Source of the DNA: an uncultured bacterium
GTDB taxonomy: Bacteria > CSSED10-310 > CAZUFC01
Length of the DNA: 32,550 nt
Assembly (NCBI GenBank): GCA_964619725.1
Contig: CAZUFC010000096.1
Span: 1-32,550, forward strand
Reading direction: 5' to 3'
Shown: piece after piece, positions 15,416-24,721 of the stretch
How positions within the stretch are numbered: the first letter of the stretch is position 1
Layout of the letters: each line of letters starts with the position of its first letter
Position numbers and translations under genes: made by a program
Notes under the pieces: model-generated
Told to the model about the DNA's origin: nothing
Database searches by the model: none
What the model saw: the letters and a program-made list of their open reading frames with translations, nothing else

Positions 15416-16843
15416 ATGAGAAAAAAAGCCCATGGAAGGAAAAGCCATCCGATGCCGGCCGTTTCTACATTATTAATCGTTCTTTTCGGATGTTTTTCAT
15501 TTGATCTTTACGCAGACACAAACGATGAACAAAAAAATTCCTATTCGAACATGGAACCGCTTCATTCTTTATCGTCTCAGGCGTCAAAGAAACAGGAAAA
15601 ACGCCGGAACTCAGATAGGAAAGAGACTCATTATCTCATCTATGAAGTTGAAGAGCCTGTTTCTGAAAGGAAAATAGAAGTCGACCCGGATGAACTCCAG
15701 AAACTCAGCGCCCTGGGTTATCTGTCGGGTTATAATGAGGCTCCGGAACGCAAAAATGTGACGATATTCGACGAAAAAAAAGCTTGCAGCGGTCTGAATC
15801 TGTATATTTCCGGTCACGGACCTGAAGCGATCCTCATGGACATGGAAGGAAACGTCTTACACAAGTGGACCTGTCCTGTCCATGATATATTAAACTGCGA
15901 TGCTTCTGCCGTAAAGTCTCCAGAGAAATACTTTTTCCGGCGTGCAGAGGCGTTCGACAACGGCGATATAATCGCCATCGTTATGAATATCGGTCTTGTT
16001 AAAATGAATTGGGAATCTGAAATATTATGGGTTTTTCTTAAGGATTGTCATCATGATTTTCATGTGGACGATGAAGGAAAAATTTACGTTTTAACTCGGG
16101 AAACAGGCATTATCCCGGAATTCGGCGACGAAAAAATTTATACGGAATTCATCACTGTCCTGACATCTACCGGCAAAGAAACAAGAAAAATTGCCTTATG
16201 GGATTGCTTTGAAAATTCATTTTTCGCTCCTGTCCTGCGTAAAATTGAAACTGCCGATACTTCGCCCCGACTTGAATCCGTCGAATTGACGGAAATATTT
16301 CATACCAATACCCTGGATATTCTCGACGGACGACATGAAAAAACCGATCCCATTTTCAAAAAAGGAAACGCCCTCATTTCCTCCCGCAATGCTCATATGA
16401 TAGCCATCGTCGACCTCACTGATGAAAAAGTTATCTGGGGATTATCCGACATGTGGCGTTATCAGCACGACCCGGATTTGCTCGACAACGGAAATATCCT
16501 GATATTCGATAACGAAGGATACGAACAAAGAACGCGTATCCTGGAATTTGATCCTTTAAGCCAGGAAGTAGTCTGGCATTATGACGGAGGTCCTGATAAG
16601 CATTTTTACTCGAAATTCTGCGGCTCGAATCAGAGACTCCATAACCGGAACACGTTAATAAGCGATTCGATGAACGGAAGGGCTCTGGAAGTTACTCCGG
16701 ACAAACAAATCGTATGGGAGTTTTTTGTTCCTTTTCGACTCACCAATGATCAAGGCAGAACTATTATCCCGGCCTTGTTCGACCTGATCAGGCTTCCTTC
16801 TGAATTCTTTCAAAACCATCTTGGGAATACTGAGGACTCATAA
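15416..16843 (+). CDS. Arylsulfotransferase (ASST) family beta-propeller protein, exported
   Basis: Hydrophobic N-terminal segment; HHDF, FHTNTL, ISSRN, QHDP, IFDNEG, QRLHNRNTLI and VTPDKQIVWEF motifs. Start could be 15452. Confidence 0.82.
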   Translation: MRKKAHGRKSHPMPAVSTLLIVLFGCFSFDLYADTNDEQKNSYSNMEPLHSLSSQASKKQEKRRNSDRKETHYLIYEVEEPVSERKIEVDPDELQKLSALGYLSGYNEAPERKNVTIFDEKKACSGLNLYISGHGPEAILMDMEGNVLHKWTCPVHDILNCDASAVKSPEKYFFRRAEAFDNGDIIAIVMNIGLVKMNWESEILWVFLKDCHHDFHVDDEGKIYVLTRETGIIPEFGDEKIYTEFITVLTSTGKETRKIALWDCFENSFFAPVLRKIETADTSPRLESVELTEIFHTNTLDILDGRHEKTDPIFKKGNALISSRNAHMIAIVDLTDEKVIWGLSDMWRYQHDPDLLDNGNILIFDNEGYEQRTRILEFDPLSQEVVWHYDGGPDKHFYSKFCGSNQRLHNRNTLISDSMNGRALEVTPDKQIVWEFFVPFRLTNDQGRTIIPALFDLIRLPSEFFQNHLGNTEDS

Positions 16844-18443
16844 TAATCGCAGCCAACGTCCAGAAAAACCAGCCTGCGATAAAGCACGTCCCCTGTGAGT
16901 ATCCTATTCCCTCCGTCAGAGAAAAAACCAGGAATCCCAGTATTCCCAAAAAAGCTCCTTTTCTAATGCCGTTGAATTGACCGAAAAATCCTCTCAACCC
17001 TCTGAGAAAAATCCTGCCTGTCATCAGAAAAAAAACCGTGATGCCCAACAACCCGGTTTCAGACAACCAACCAAGATACAGATTATGCGCATGAGCAAAC
17101 CATAGTTCGACTATGCCTTCATCCGTATTGTAAATCAGCGGCAGGCCATACAAAGGATAATGTTCATTGAAAAGTCCGAAACCGACCCCTAAAACCGGCC
17201 GTTCACGGAACATCTCCAAAGCCGCATGCCAGCATGCAATACGTCCCCGATAGGTTCCCGACCGAAGCAGCTCATCTACCGCCGGAATATTGAAATCCAA
17301 AACCCTGAGAGCGTATCCGCCTCCCAGCATAAACAAGAATAGTGTAATTAAAGTGAATATTATGAACTGTTTCCGGCTGGTTCTTTTTAATATCAGAAAA
17401 ACAATGACGCTTAATAATCCCAGCCAACTGCTTCGCGATGCGGAAAAGAAAATATAAAAAAACGCCCCTGTCATCAGAATCAGAAAACCGATCCTGTACA
17501 AACGCTTTTTCTCCACGGAAAACATATACGCAAGTAACGGAAAAACCATGATTAGACACGAATCTATGTTAGCGCTTGCAAAACGATGATTCAGAGAATA
17601 TTTCAATAACGTCGTACTCGTCAAATCAACCGCTTCGTATCTCATGAACAAATACATGCCCATTAAAAGATACAGCGAACTCGCTAATATAAGCCAGTAA
17701 ACCGTCTTTTTTACTCGCCGCTCACTCGTCAATATTGAGGAAATCAACCAGAAACCGCTTACCGGATATGCTATTTGAAAAAGCCAGTACTGAAATCCCT
17801 CTTCTGAATAAGCTGACGAAACTAATGAAAGCAAAGGAATGGAAATAAACAATATCCCCTGCCATTTCATGGGAAACGGATTGACTTCCGTCCTCGAATT
17901 CCTGAACCTTACATAGCCCAGCCATAATATGAAAATGAATATCGCCGTCGGAGTCAAATACTTAAAAAGTGAAGAAACTTCCAGAAACACGCTCATCCGG
18001 CGCCATTCCAAAAAAGCCCCGATCACCATGGCAGGAAAAAATATCCCCAATGCATCGATTAAACGTCCCGAAGCAGCAAAATAAATCGTCGCTCCTGCCG
18101 ATAAAAAAAGCAAAATAAGAAAAAATGACTCCGTAAACCCGAATCGCAACGCACCGAAAGTCGTCACCAAACCGAACAGCGCTCCCATGATAATTAAAAC
18201 CGTTAATTCCCATCCAGAAACCGTTTGCGCCAACTCACCCAATCTCGGCAACGTGAAACTTTCCTTCTGTGAACTTACAACGTAAAATATTAATATTCCC
18301 GCAAAAGGTAAAAAAGAAAGCATGACTCCGCTGAATCCGCCCTCAAATCCCTTTAATACAAAAAACGCTAATAATACCGCAGATGTTAAAAGAAGCAATC
18401 CGCTCAGCAGACTCCTTATGCCCATCGCCCGTGATATCTTCAT
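16788..18443 (-). CDS. O-antigen ligase / Wzy_C family membrane protein
   Basis: Many TM helices; SASRSSWLG, GRIACW..ALEMFRERPVLGVGFG, HAHNLYLGWLSETGLLG. Confidence 0.88.
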   Translation of the reverse strand: MKISRAMGIRSLLSGLLLLTSAVLLAFFVLKGFEGGFSGVMLSFLPFAGILIFYVVSSQKESFTLPRLGELAQTVSGWELTVLIIMGALFGLVTTFGALRFGFTESFFLILLFLSAGATIYFAASGRLIDALGIFFPAMVIGAFLEWRRMSVFLEVSSLFKYLTPTAIFIFILWLGYVRFRNSRTEVNPFPMKWQGILFISIPLLSLVSSAYSEEGFQYWLFQIAYPVSGFWLISSILTSERRVKKTVYWLILASSLYLLMGMYLFMRYEAVDLTSTTLLKYSLNHRFASANIDSCLIMVFPLLAYMFSVEKKRLYRIGFLILMTGAFFYIFFSASRSSWLGLLSVIVFLILKRTSRKQFIIFTLITLFLFMLGGGYALRVLDFNIPAVDELLRSGTYRGRIACWHAALEMFRERPVLGVGFGLFNEHYPLYGLPLIYNTDEGIVELWFAHAHNLYLGWLSETGLLGITVFFLMTGRIFLRGLRGFFGQFNGIRKGAFLGILGFLVFSLTEGIGYSQGTCFIAGWFFWTLAAIIMSPQYSQDGFERIQKEA

Positions 18444-18549
18444 TTAATAACGTCTCTCCCTTTTGTTTTTCCCAGAATAATGTCGCCGGCTGCTTACGCG
18501 ACTCCTGCCAGTCCCGTCGTCGATTCATCTCGCTCCAATCGACTCACCC

Positions 18550-18578
18550 AAATTACCATAATATCGCTCCCCGGTCAA
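18550..18578 (-). promoter_or_regulatory. Putative sigma70 promoter for the O-antigen-ligase-like gene
   Basis: Minus strand TTGACC-17 bp-TAATTT with extended TGn. Confidence 0.45.
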
Positions 18579-18735
18579 CATTTTTCCAAGAATTATCTTT
18601 TTTGCTATTTTTTTGAATCATGCGGTGAAGGAATGCCAATCTTCTAAAACTTCTCTGCTTATTCCGGAAGCTTTCAGAAGAATATCCCGGATCAATTTTA
18701 ATTGAGTAATGAACTGCCCTGGTTTTTTGAAAAAG

Positions 18736-18926
18736 GTGACCGGTGAAACAGGGGTTACACTCGTTTCAAAAATTTCGACAGTTTGTTTCAGTGAACGGGG
18801 TCGGTATCGGGGTCGGTATCAGGGTCGGGGTCGTTATCGGTATCGCAATCGGGAGCAAAATCGAAATAAAATAATGTGAGGTACTGTAGAATTGTAACCT
18901 AAAAATACGATTTTTTGATCAATGCC
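18736..18926 (-). mobile_element. MITE-like element, subtype A, with 8-bp target-site duplication TGAAAAAG
   Basis: Starts GTGACCGGTGAAACAGGGGTTACAC, has a GGGGTC/GGTATC array (~18797-18868), then TGTAGAATTGTAACCT..TTTTTTGATCAATGCC. TGAAAAAG at 18728-18735 and 18927-18934. Confidence 0.82.
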
Positions 18927-19027
18927 TGAAAAAGGTATTTACCGGACGTAAGGGGAGGTTGTTTGACGGACCTTTGGTGGGATATGATGGGAACGGGGCA
19001 TCTTGAACTGTTCCAAGAGGCGAGGTA

Positions 19028-21805
19028 ATGAAAGCGTTGGAGAACCGGTCACAAATATTGAAGCAATTGATATTCGGCATTTCGGCCCTGTTAAGCGCGG
19101 CCGGAATATCAACTTCCGGAATTTTCAGCACTGTTTTTTTATTGAGTTTCATTCTTTTGATCGGGACCGTCGCCGGCGTTTTTCTGTACACTGCTGAACG
19201 CTCATTAAAGAGATATCTCAGGGAGAACGGCGCCGGATTTGTTTTTGCGACGATATATATACTGGCGTTCTGTTCACGCCTGGAAGGAATAAAAGAATCT
19301 TTGCGTTATCCCCTGGTCATTTTCAGCATACCTCTTTTTTTGGCAGCCGGAAAGATATTGATTGGGGGCAGATTTTCATTCTGGGGCATGGGAATCTACA
19401 TTTTTCAGTCAATCCCGGTATTTCAGACGGAAGCGGTCAGGGAGAGCGTAGACCGTTTTTTTCTTCTTGCAGTGATACTGCTCGTTTATTTTTTAATTGA
19501 AAGGCGAAACCGGGATTATTTAAAGGAATTCTCATATTCAGGCCGGAATTTCTGGTTGCTTTCGTTTCTTCTGCCTTTATTTTTATCGGTATGTTTTTCG
19601 GTTTATCCTTATGCGAGTTTTGATGCGGTAAACCGGATTGCGTTCGACATATTATTTTTTCTTTTTTTGACGATTGAGTTCCGGCGTGAGGAATATTTCA
19701 GGGGAATAATGGGATTCATAGTCGTTTCCATTGCTATGATCGCATTTTCAGGGTTATTTGCAGCAGTGCGAAGGATTTTGTTTCTGGGCTGGAGCGAAGG
19801 CATATCGATCAGGATATGGACATTGGATATTCCGCCGAACTATGCGGCCTTTTACATCATCATGGCGATTCCGTTCGTTTATTATTTGTATTTCACTGAG
19901 ACGGGCCGTCTGAAGAGGATATCGACAGCAGCGACTTCGGCGGCTTCAGCGCTTTTCATTTTGATCACCTATTCCCGTGCGGCCTGGTTAGCTTTTCTCT
20001 TTGAATCTTTAGTGATAATTCCCGCTTTTTACATTTTTAAAATGAAACGCAGCAGGCTCAAAACCCGTCTTATAGCGACGGGAATAATATTACCGGCGCT
20101 GCTCGTAATAATTTGGGTCATGCTGGGGCAGTCAGCGAACTTTCAAAACCGCGTCAAAGCCATAGCAGATATAGAAAACGATCCGCGAGTTGAGATATGG
20201 AAAACAAGTTTTGAGATGTTTCTCGATAATCCTGTTTCCGGAACGGGTCCAGGCATGAAACGGTATCTTCACCCTCTTTATCACGGTGAGGAGAATCCTT
20301 ATGAATTAATCACCGGCCAATATCTGCTGGACTGCCATAACACCTATCTTGAAATTTTATCTTCATCAGGCATCCCTGGACTGGCCGGCTTTCTCCTTCT
20401 AACCGCTTCGTTTATTTTTTCACAAAAGCCGAAAAACAAGACCGGAAAAAATCCAGTCCTTTTTCCCGATCGCAGACTCCGTTTCTGCGCCCTGACTTCC
20501 CTGACGGTATTCTGTTTTGACGCCCTGGTGAACTATCGGCTGCTGCTTCCTGACAACGGATGGCTGTTCTGGTTTACCGGTGCAGTTTTGTGGTCCGGTA
20601 AAATTACCCTAACCAGAAAACGCAAATTTCATCAATTCATTGCTTGTTTTCTGGCTCTTCTCGTCTCGCTGCTTATAGTCGGACGAATGCTCTCCGCTCA
20701 TTCCACAAGCTGCATGAGAAAAGGATTAGGATTCATTTCAAAAATCGGCGAATCAAAGGACCTTTCGTATGCCGAAGCGGCTCTTGAAAGTTTTAAAAGA
20801 GCCGCCGTTATATTTCCATTCAATGCTCATCCTTTTTATTTGATGGGCGTGCATCATAAAACATTCGGCGACCCTGGCGAGGCGACAGAATACATGGAAA
20901 AGGCCGTTTCAATGAATCCCGTATCGGCCGATTATCACGAAAGACTGGGATTGCTGCTTCTTTCTCAGAATAAATATCAGGAAGCGGAAAAACGCCTGCT
21001 GAAAGCCGTCAGTCTTAAACCTTACGTGAGAGACAACCATTACCGACTGCGGCTGGCCGAGCTGTATCTGTCCCGGAACCGTAAAGAGGAAGCTGAATTC
21101 CAATTCCTGGAAATGCTTAAAACCGACCCGGATTCCGTTCCGCAATTGCTGAATTATATGTCACGCCGGTCACTCGAAAATCTTCTCCTTGAATTGAAAA
21201 AAAACGTTGACGATCAATACGATCACCATCACTCCGCCAGGCTGATGCTCATGATGCGAACCGCCCAGGCTATGCGTCGACTCAATATGAACGATCAAGC
21301 CCGAATAGTCTATGAAACGGAACTCTCACATAACCCCTATCACCTCATGCTCAGAATCAGGGCCAGTCGTCTTTTCACCGATCAGAGCATGTTCAAAAAC
21401 AGCGAATCGCTGCTTAAAAAAGCTGAAATGATGAATAATCTGAATGGAATCTATTATAACGAAACCGGAATTGTTAAATACGAATTGGCGAAATATGAGG
21501 AAGCTCAAAATTTACTGCTGAAAGCCATAAAACATTGGCCTTCCATAACCCTGGATAATCATCTCGCTCATGTCTTCCTCCTGAAAACAGCCCTCAAAAC
21601 AGAAAATGACGTTCTCGCAGGTCAGGAACTTGAAAAACTCAAATACCTGGCCGCGCTATGGGAACATCAGATGTGGGAAGCACGCTTCCACTTCGCCGAT
21701 ATGTACGGCGAATCCGAACAGCATGCCTTTTACCGCAAGCAAATTGAAGCCGCCTACAAAAAAATAAGAGAGGCGGAAAAGAATAACCGCCTCTCCTTAC
21801 CCTGA
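19028..21805 (+). CDS. O-antigen ligase / O-oligosaccharyltransferase-like membrane protein with C-terminal TPR region
   Basis: PNYAA, TYSRAAWLA, RVEIW..MFLDNPVSGTGPG, CHNTYLEILSSSGIPG, then TPR-like repeats (A..YMEKAVSMNP, EAEKRLLKAVSLKP). Confidence 0.85.
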   Translation: MKALENRSQILKQLIFGISALLSAAGISTSGIFSTVFLLSFILLIGTVAGVFLYTAERSLKRYLRENGAGFVFATIYILAFCSRLEGIKESLRYPLVIFSIPLFLAAGKILIGGRFSFWGMGIYIFQSIPVFQTEAVRESVDRFFLLAVILLVYFLIERRNRDYLKEFSYSGRNFWLLSFLLPLFLSVCFSVYPYASFDAVNRIAFDILFFLFLTIEFRREEYFRGIMGFIVVSIAMIAFSGLFAAVRRILFLGWSEGISIRIWTLDIPPNYAAFYIIMAIPFVYYLYFTETGRLKRISTAATSAASALFILITYSRAAWLAFLFESLVIIPAFYIFKMKRSRLKTRLIATGIILPALLVIIWVMLGQSANFQNRVKAIADIENDPRVEIWKTSFEMFLDNPVSGTGPGMKRYLHPLYHGEENPYELITGQYLLDCHNTYLEILSSSGIPGLAGFLLLTASFIFSQKPKNKTGKNPVLFPDRRLRFCALTSLTVFCFDALVNYRLLLPDNGWLFWFTGAVLWSGKITLTRKRKFHQFIACFLALLVSLLIVGRMLSAHSTSCMRKGLGFISKIGESKDLSYAEAALESFKRAAVIFPFNAHPFYLMGVHHKTFGDPGEATEYMEKAVSMNPVSADYHERLGLLLLSQNKYQEAEKRLLKAVSLKPYVRDNHYRLRLAELYLSRNRKEEAEFQFLEMLKTDPDSVPQLLNYMSRRSLENLLLELKKNVDDQYDHHHSARLMLMMRTAQAMRRLNMNDQARIVYETELSHNPYHLMLRIRASRLFTDQSMFKNSESLLKKAEMMNNLNGIYYNETGIVKYELAKYEEAQNLLLKAIKHWPSITLDNHLAHVFLLKTALKTENDVLAGQELEKLKYLAALWEHQMWEARFHFADMYGESEQHAFYRKQIEAAYKKIREAEKNNRLSLP

Positions 21806-21896
21806 TCATACTGTTATCGATCGGTTTAAAATGTGAGAACCCCGCTATAAAAAAGCGAGAAATTCGTCAGAACACAGATTCCAGGCCTTATTCAAA

Positions 21897-22370
21897 CTAT
21901 TCTATCGCCCCTAACGCTATGGTTCCTACCATGCCTCCTATGTCCTGACCGCGGATTACACCCGTCTCGTCAATGTAAAATGTCCTTATGCCGGTACTGT
22001 GGTATACAACCGGCCACGCCGTCGCAGACCATGTCCATATACTGCCGCCTGAACTCGCTCCCGCCTTCAGTGAGAATGTGTAACCCGATTTCAAACCACG
22101 CGTCATCGCCGGATCCAAAAAGGGTACAGAACCCGCGCCGTTACCCGAACCCAGACATGTCAGTGAACCCGTGAATGTGTGAGGTTGCGTGTTGTTGTTG
22201 TAATCGGTCTCGGCCGCCGCCATCGTCTTCAGGGCGCCTAAAGACGCCGCTTCGTTCGCCGTCATGCGCGAACGAAGAAGACCCGGTATGGCTAATCCTG
22301 CTATAATTCCCAATATAGCAACCACTATCAGCAGCTCGATCAGAGTAAATCCTTTGGAGTTCCTTTTCAT
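21897..22370 (-). CDS. Type IV pilin / prepilin-type protein
   Basis: Short leader MKRNSKG|FTLIELLIVVAILGIIAGLAIP with Glu5; ANEAAS; KSGYTF; TGIRTFYIDETGVIR; RBS AGGAGG. Confidence 0.9.
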   Translation of the reverse strand: MKRNSKGFTLIELLIVVAILGIIAGLAIPGLLRSRMTANEAASLGALKTMAAAETDYNNNTQPHTFTGSLTCLGSGNGAGSVPFLDPAMTRGLKSGYTFSLKAGASSGGSIWTWSATAWPVVYHSTGIRTFYIDETGVIRGQDIGGMVGTIALGAIE

Positions 22371-22419
22371 TCGATATAACCTCCTGTTACTGGCGCAACA
22401 CCAAATTTGCCGGAATTAC

Positions 22420-22435
22420 TGCAATTTTTATTCCA
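22420..22435 (-). promoter_or_regulatory. Putative sigma54 (-24/-12) promoter of the pilin gene
   Basis: Minus strand TGGAATAAAAATTGCA = GG-N10-GC, about 50 nt upstream of the ATG. Confidence 0.65.
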
Positions 22436-22524
22436 AACATGGCATACACCTTTCAAACAACGTTAAGATTATTGACATGAAAAGATTTACAGAAATTATG
22501 AAATATGGAACGTAAAAATTTGAT

Positions 22525-22647
22525 TGACAATTTTTGTCATTTCAAAAAATTCCCAGAATTTTTATATTCAAGTAACTTATTAATAATTATGGCGTTTCAA
22601 GAAACCGGGAAAAAACAAACAAAATGGTTAGGTGACAAAAAACGTCA
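22525..22647. promoter_or_regulatory. Two TGAC-N7-GTCA palindromes, candidate enhancer-binding-protein sites
   Basis: TGACAATTTTTGTCA at 22525-22539 and TGACAAAAAACGTCA at 22633-22647. Confidence 0.55.
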
Positions 22648-22957
22648 CATATAAAAAAATATTGCGTCATGAAAATATAATGTCTTCTATGCGAAAGACG
22701 GATCATTATAGAAAAAGATTTTACGTTTAAATTTTACCGTTTTAAGGCGACAATTTTTAATTTGACTCAGATTAAAGAGAGACTGCTCTTTGCGTATACA
22801 GATAAATCAAATGAACGGAAGTTTTCAGTCGTCGACTGTCCGTAATCGGACTTTTATTGGAGAACGAAATTGATCGGCGTTTATGAATAATCAGCATCTG
22901 TCCGCCTGGTCACGGCGAGTTAAAATAATTTAGTGAATGAGGCTCTGATAAATCGAA

Positions 22958-23734
22958 TCAGTCACGCAAGCGCAATTGAAGGGACCTTGCGGTCAATTTC
23001 AGGAAGAAGGGAATGCCTTTCAGGAGGTATCTTTCAGCGAGTCTGTAGGGTTCCTGGCTAAGTCGGTGCAGCCATTCCAACCCGAAACGCTGCATCCATC
23101 TGGGGGCTCTTTTAACGTGCCCTGAAACGAAGCTGAAACTGATTCCGACGCCGATGCACCAGGTATAGGGCAGTTGGGGTTTAAAGCGGGCGATAAGATA
23201 TTCAGTTTTAGGCGAACCGAGGGCGACATAAAGTATGTCGGGAGTGGCCTTTTTTATTTTTTCCAATAACTTTTGGACTTTATGGTCATCATTTTCAAAA
23301 CCGGGTGAAGGAGATTCGATACCGGCAATTTTCAATCCGAGGTATTTAGTTTTCAGGATTTTTCCTGCAGCTTCAGCCGTTCCGGGGGCTCCGCCGAGGA
23401 GGAAGAGCGTGCATTCCTTTTGTGCAGCGGCTTTCGACATTGAAAATATGAGATTGGAACCTGCGACTCTTTCAGGAAGGGGTTTTCCCATTAATGCTGC
23501 GGCCCAGAGAACAGGTGCGCCGTCTGGAGTGAGAATATCAGCGAGGAGCAGCATTTTTTTATAATCCGGCGATTTGGAGGCCAATTGGAGGTGATGCAGA
23601 TTGACGGTGACTATCCATCCGCCCTTACCCTTTTTTATAGAAGATATGACGATATCGATGCATTGTTTTTCGGTAATTTGAGCGATAGGGAGGTCGTGGA
23701 TGATGGTTTTGCGGAAGTCATTCGATGAATTCAC
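22958..23734 (-). CDS. WecB/TagA/CpsF family glycosyltransferase (GT26)
   Basis: IVTVN, PDGAPV, ERVAGSNL, FLLGG, VALGSPKTE, GVGISF, KRAPRWMQRFGLEWLHRLSQEPYRL. Confidence 0.94.
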   Translation of the reverse strand: MNSSNDFRKTIIHDLPIAQITEKQCIDIVISSIKKGKGGWIVTVNLHHLQLASKSPDYKKMLLLADILTPDGAPVLWAAALMGKPLPERVAGSNLIFSMSKAAAQKECTLFLLGGAPGTAEAAGKILKTKYLGLKIAGIESPSPGFENDDHKVQKLLEKIKKATPDILYVALGSPKTEYLIARFKPQLPYTWCIGVGISFSFVSGHVKRAPRWMQRFGLEWLHRLSQEPYRLAERYLLKGIPFFLKLTARSLQLRLRD

Positions 23735-24681
23735 AGCGGCAGGTTTTCCTTTTTGCTGTTGCGATGAGGATTCCAGACGTCGGCCTGCAGATCGTTAAAT
23801 TCCTGGGTGGCTCTCTTTTTTCCTTTTACCAGGCAGGCCCGTTGGTATTTTCTGAGAAAACTTCGGAATTGTTTGTCGTCATATCGCTTGCATCTTTTGA
23901 GCATACTTTTAAGGTATCCCCAAAGCATGGCGGCGCCTCCGATCAGGAGCGGAGGCCGTGTAGAACGATACAGAGCGCTGACGGTCATGTATAGAAGTCC
24001 GGTACCCATGAAATACTGTCCGTAACCGTGACGTATTCTTCCTTTAATAATGTTTTTATCGCTGGACCCCATGGGTCTGAGATGGATAAATCTCAATCCT
24101 GCGTCGTCCACGCTGCAAGCTTTCCATCCCAGCATGCGGCAGCGGTGGCAATCGATACCGTCCCACATGACTTCCCTCACGAACCCCCCGATTTGCAGAA
24201 AACAATCGGTATGGTAGAATTTGGTCATACCGAGAGAAATTTCATCGCTGACCTTTTCACTGATCAGCACGCCTGAAGTATCGTAGAAATAGGCTTTTCC
24301 GCTGATGGTTCCGATTCTGGGATCAGCCTCCATTCGCTTCATGAGACCTTCAAAGTAACCTTTCGGGAGCGCCAGATCGGCATCCAGTTTACAGATGTAA
24401 TCAAAATCGTCCAGATCAATCCGCTTCAATCCTTCGTAAAAAGCATCGACAACTCCCGGCCCCACCATCCGTTTTCCCCTGTCCGGTTTCGCCAGAATTT
24501 GAATGTAATCGTATTGTTTTTCCGCTTCAGCGATAATATCGGTGGTTTTATCGGTCGAGCCGTCATCGACTATGGTCCACAAAGCGGGTTTAACGGTTTG
24601 TTTTGCGACTGATTCAATCGTTTTTCCGATATATTTTTGTTCGTCTCTGCAGGGCGTAATGAGGGCGTAACGTTTATTCAT
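23731..24681 (-). CDS. Glycosyltransferase family 2
   Basis: ALITPCRDE, IVDDGSTDKT, KLDAD, IGGF..WDGID; overlaps the WecB-like gene by 4 bp. Confidence 0.92.
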   Translation of the reverse strand: MNKRYALITPCRDEQKYIGKTIESVAKQTVKPALWTIVDDGSTDKTTDIIAEAEKQYDYIQILAKPDRGKRMVGPGVVDAFYEGLKRIDLDDFDYICKLDADLALPKGYFEGLMKRMEADPRIGTISGKAYFYDTSGVLISEKVSDEISLGMTKFYHTDCFLQIGGFVREVMWDGIDCHRCRMLGWKACSVDDAGLRFIHLRPMGSSDKNIIKGRIRHGYGQYFMGTGLLYMTVSALYRSTRPPLLIGGAAMLWGYLKSMLKRCKRYDDKQFRSFLRKYQRACLVKGKKRATQEFNDLQADVWNPHRNSKKENLPL

Positions 24682-24721
24682 GAAAACAAAAAGCGGCTGA
24701 TTATTCTGAATGGCCCCATCC

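Noticed and set aside
16788-16843. 56-bp convergent overlap of ASST and ligase-like genes as antisense control
   Set aside because: Short tail-to-tail overlaps are common, and nothing else supports regulation.
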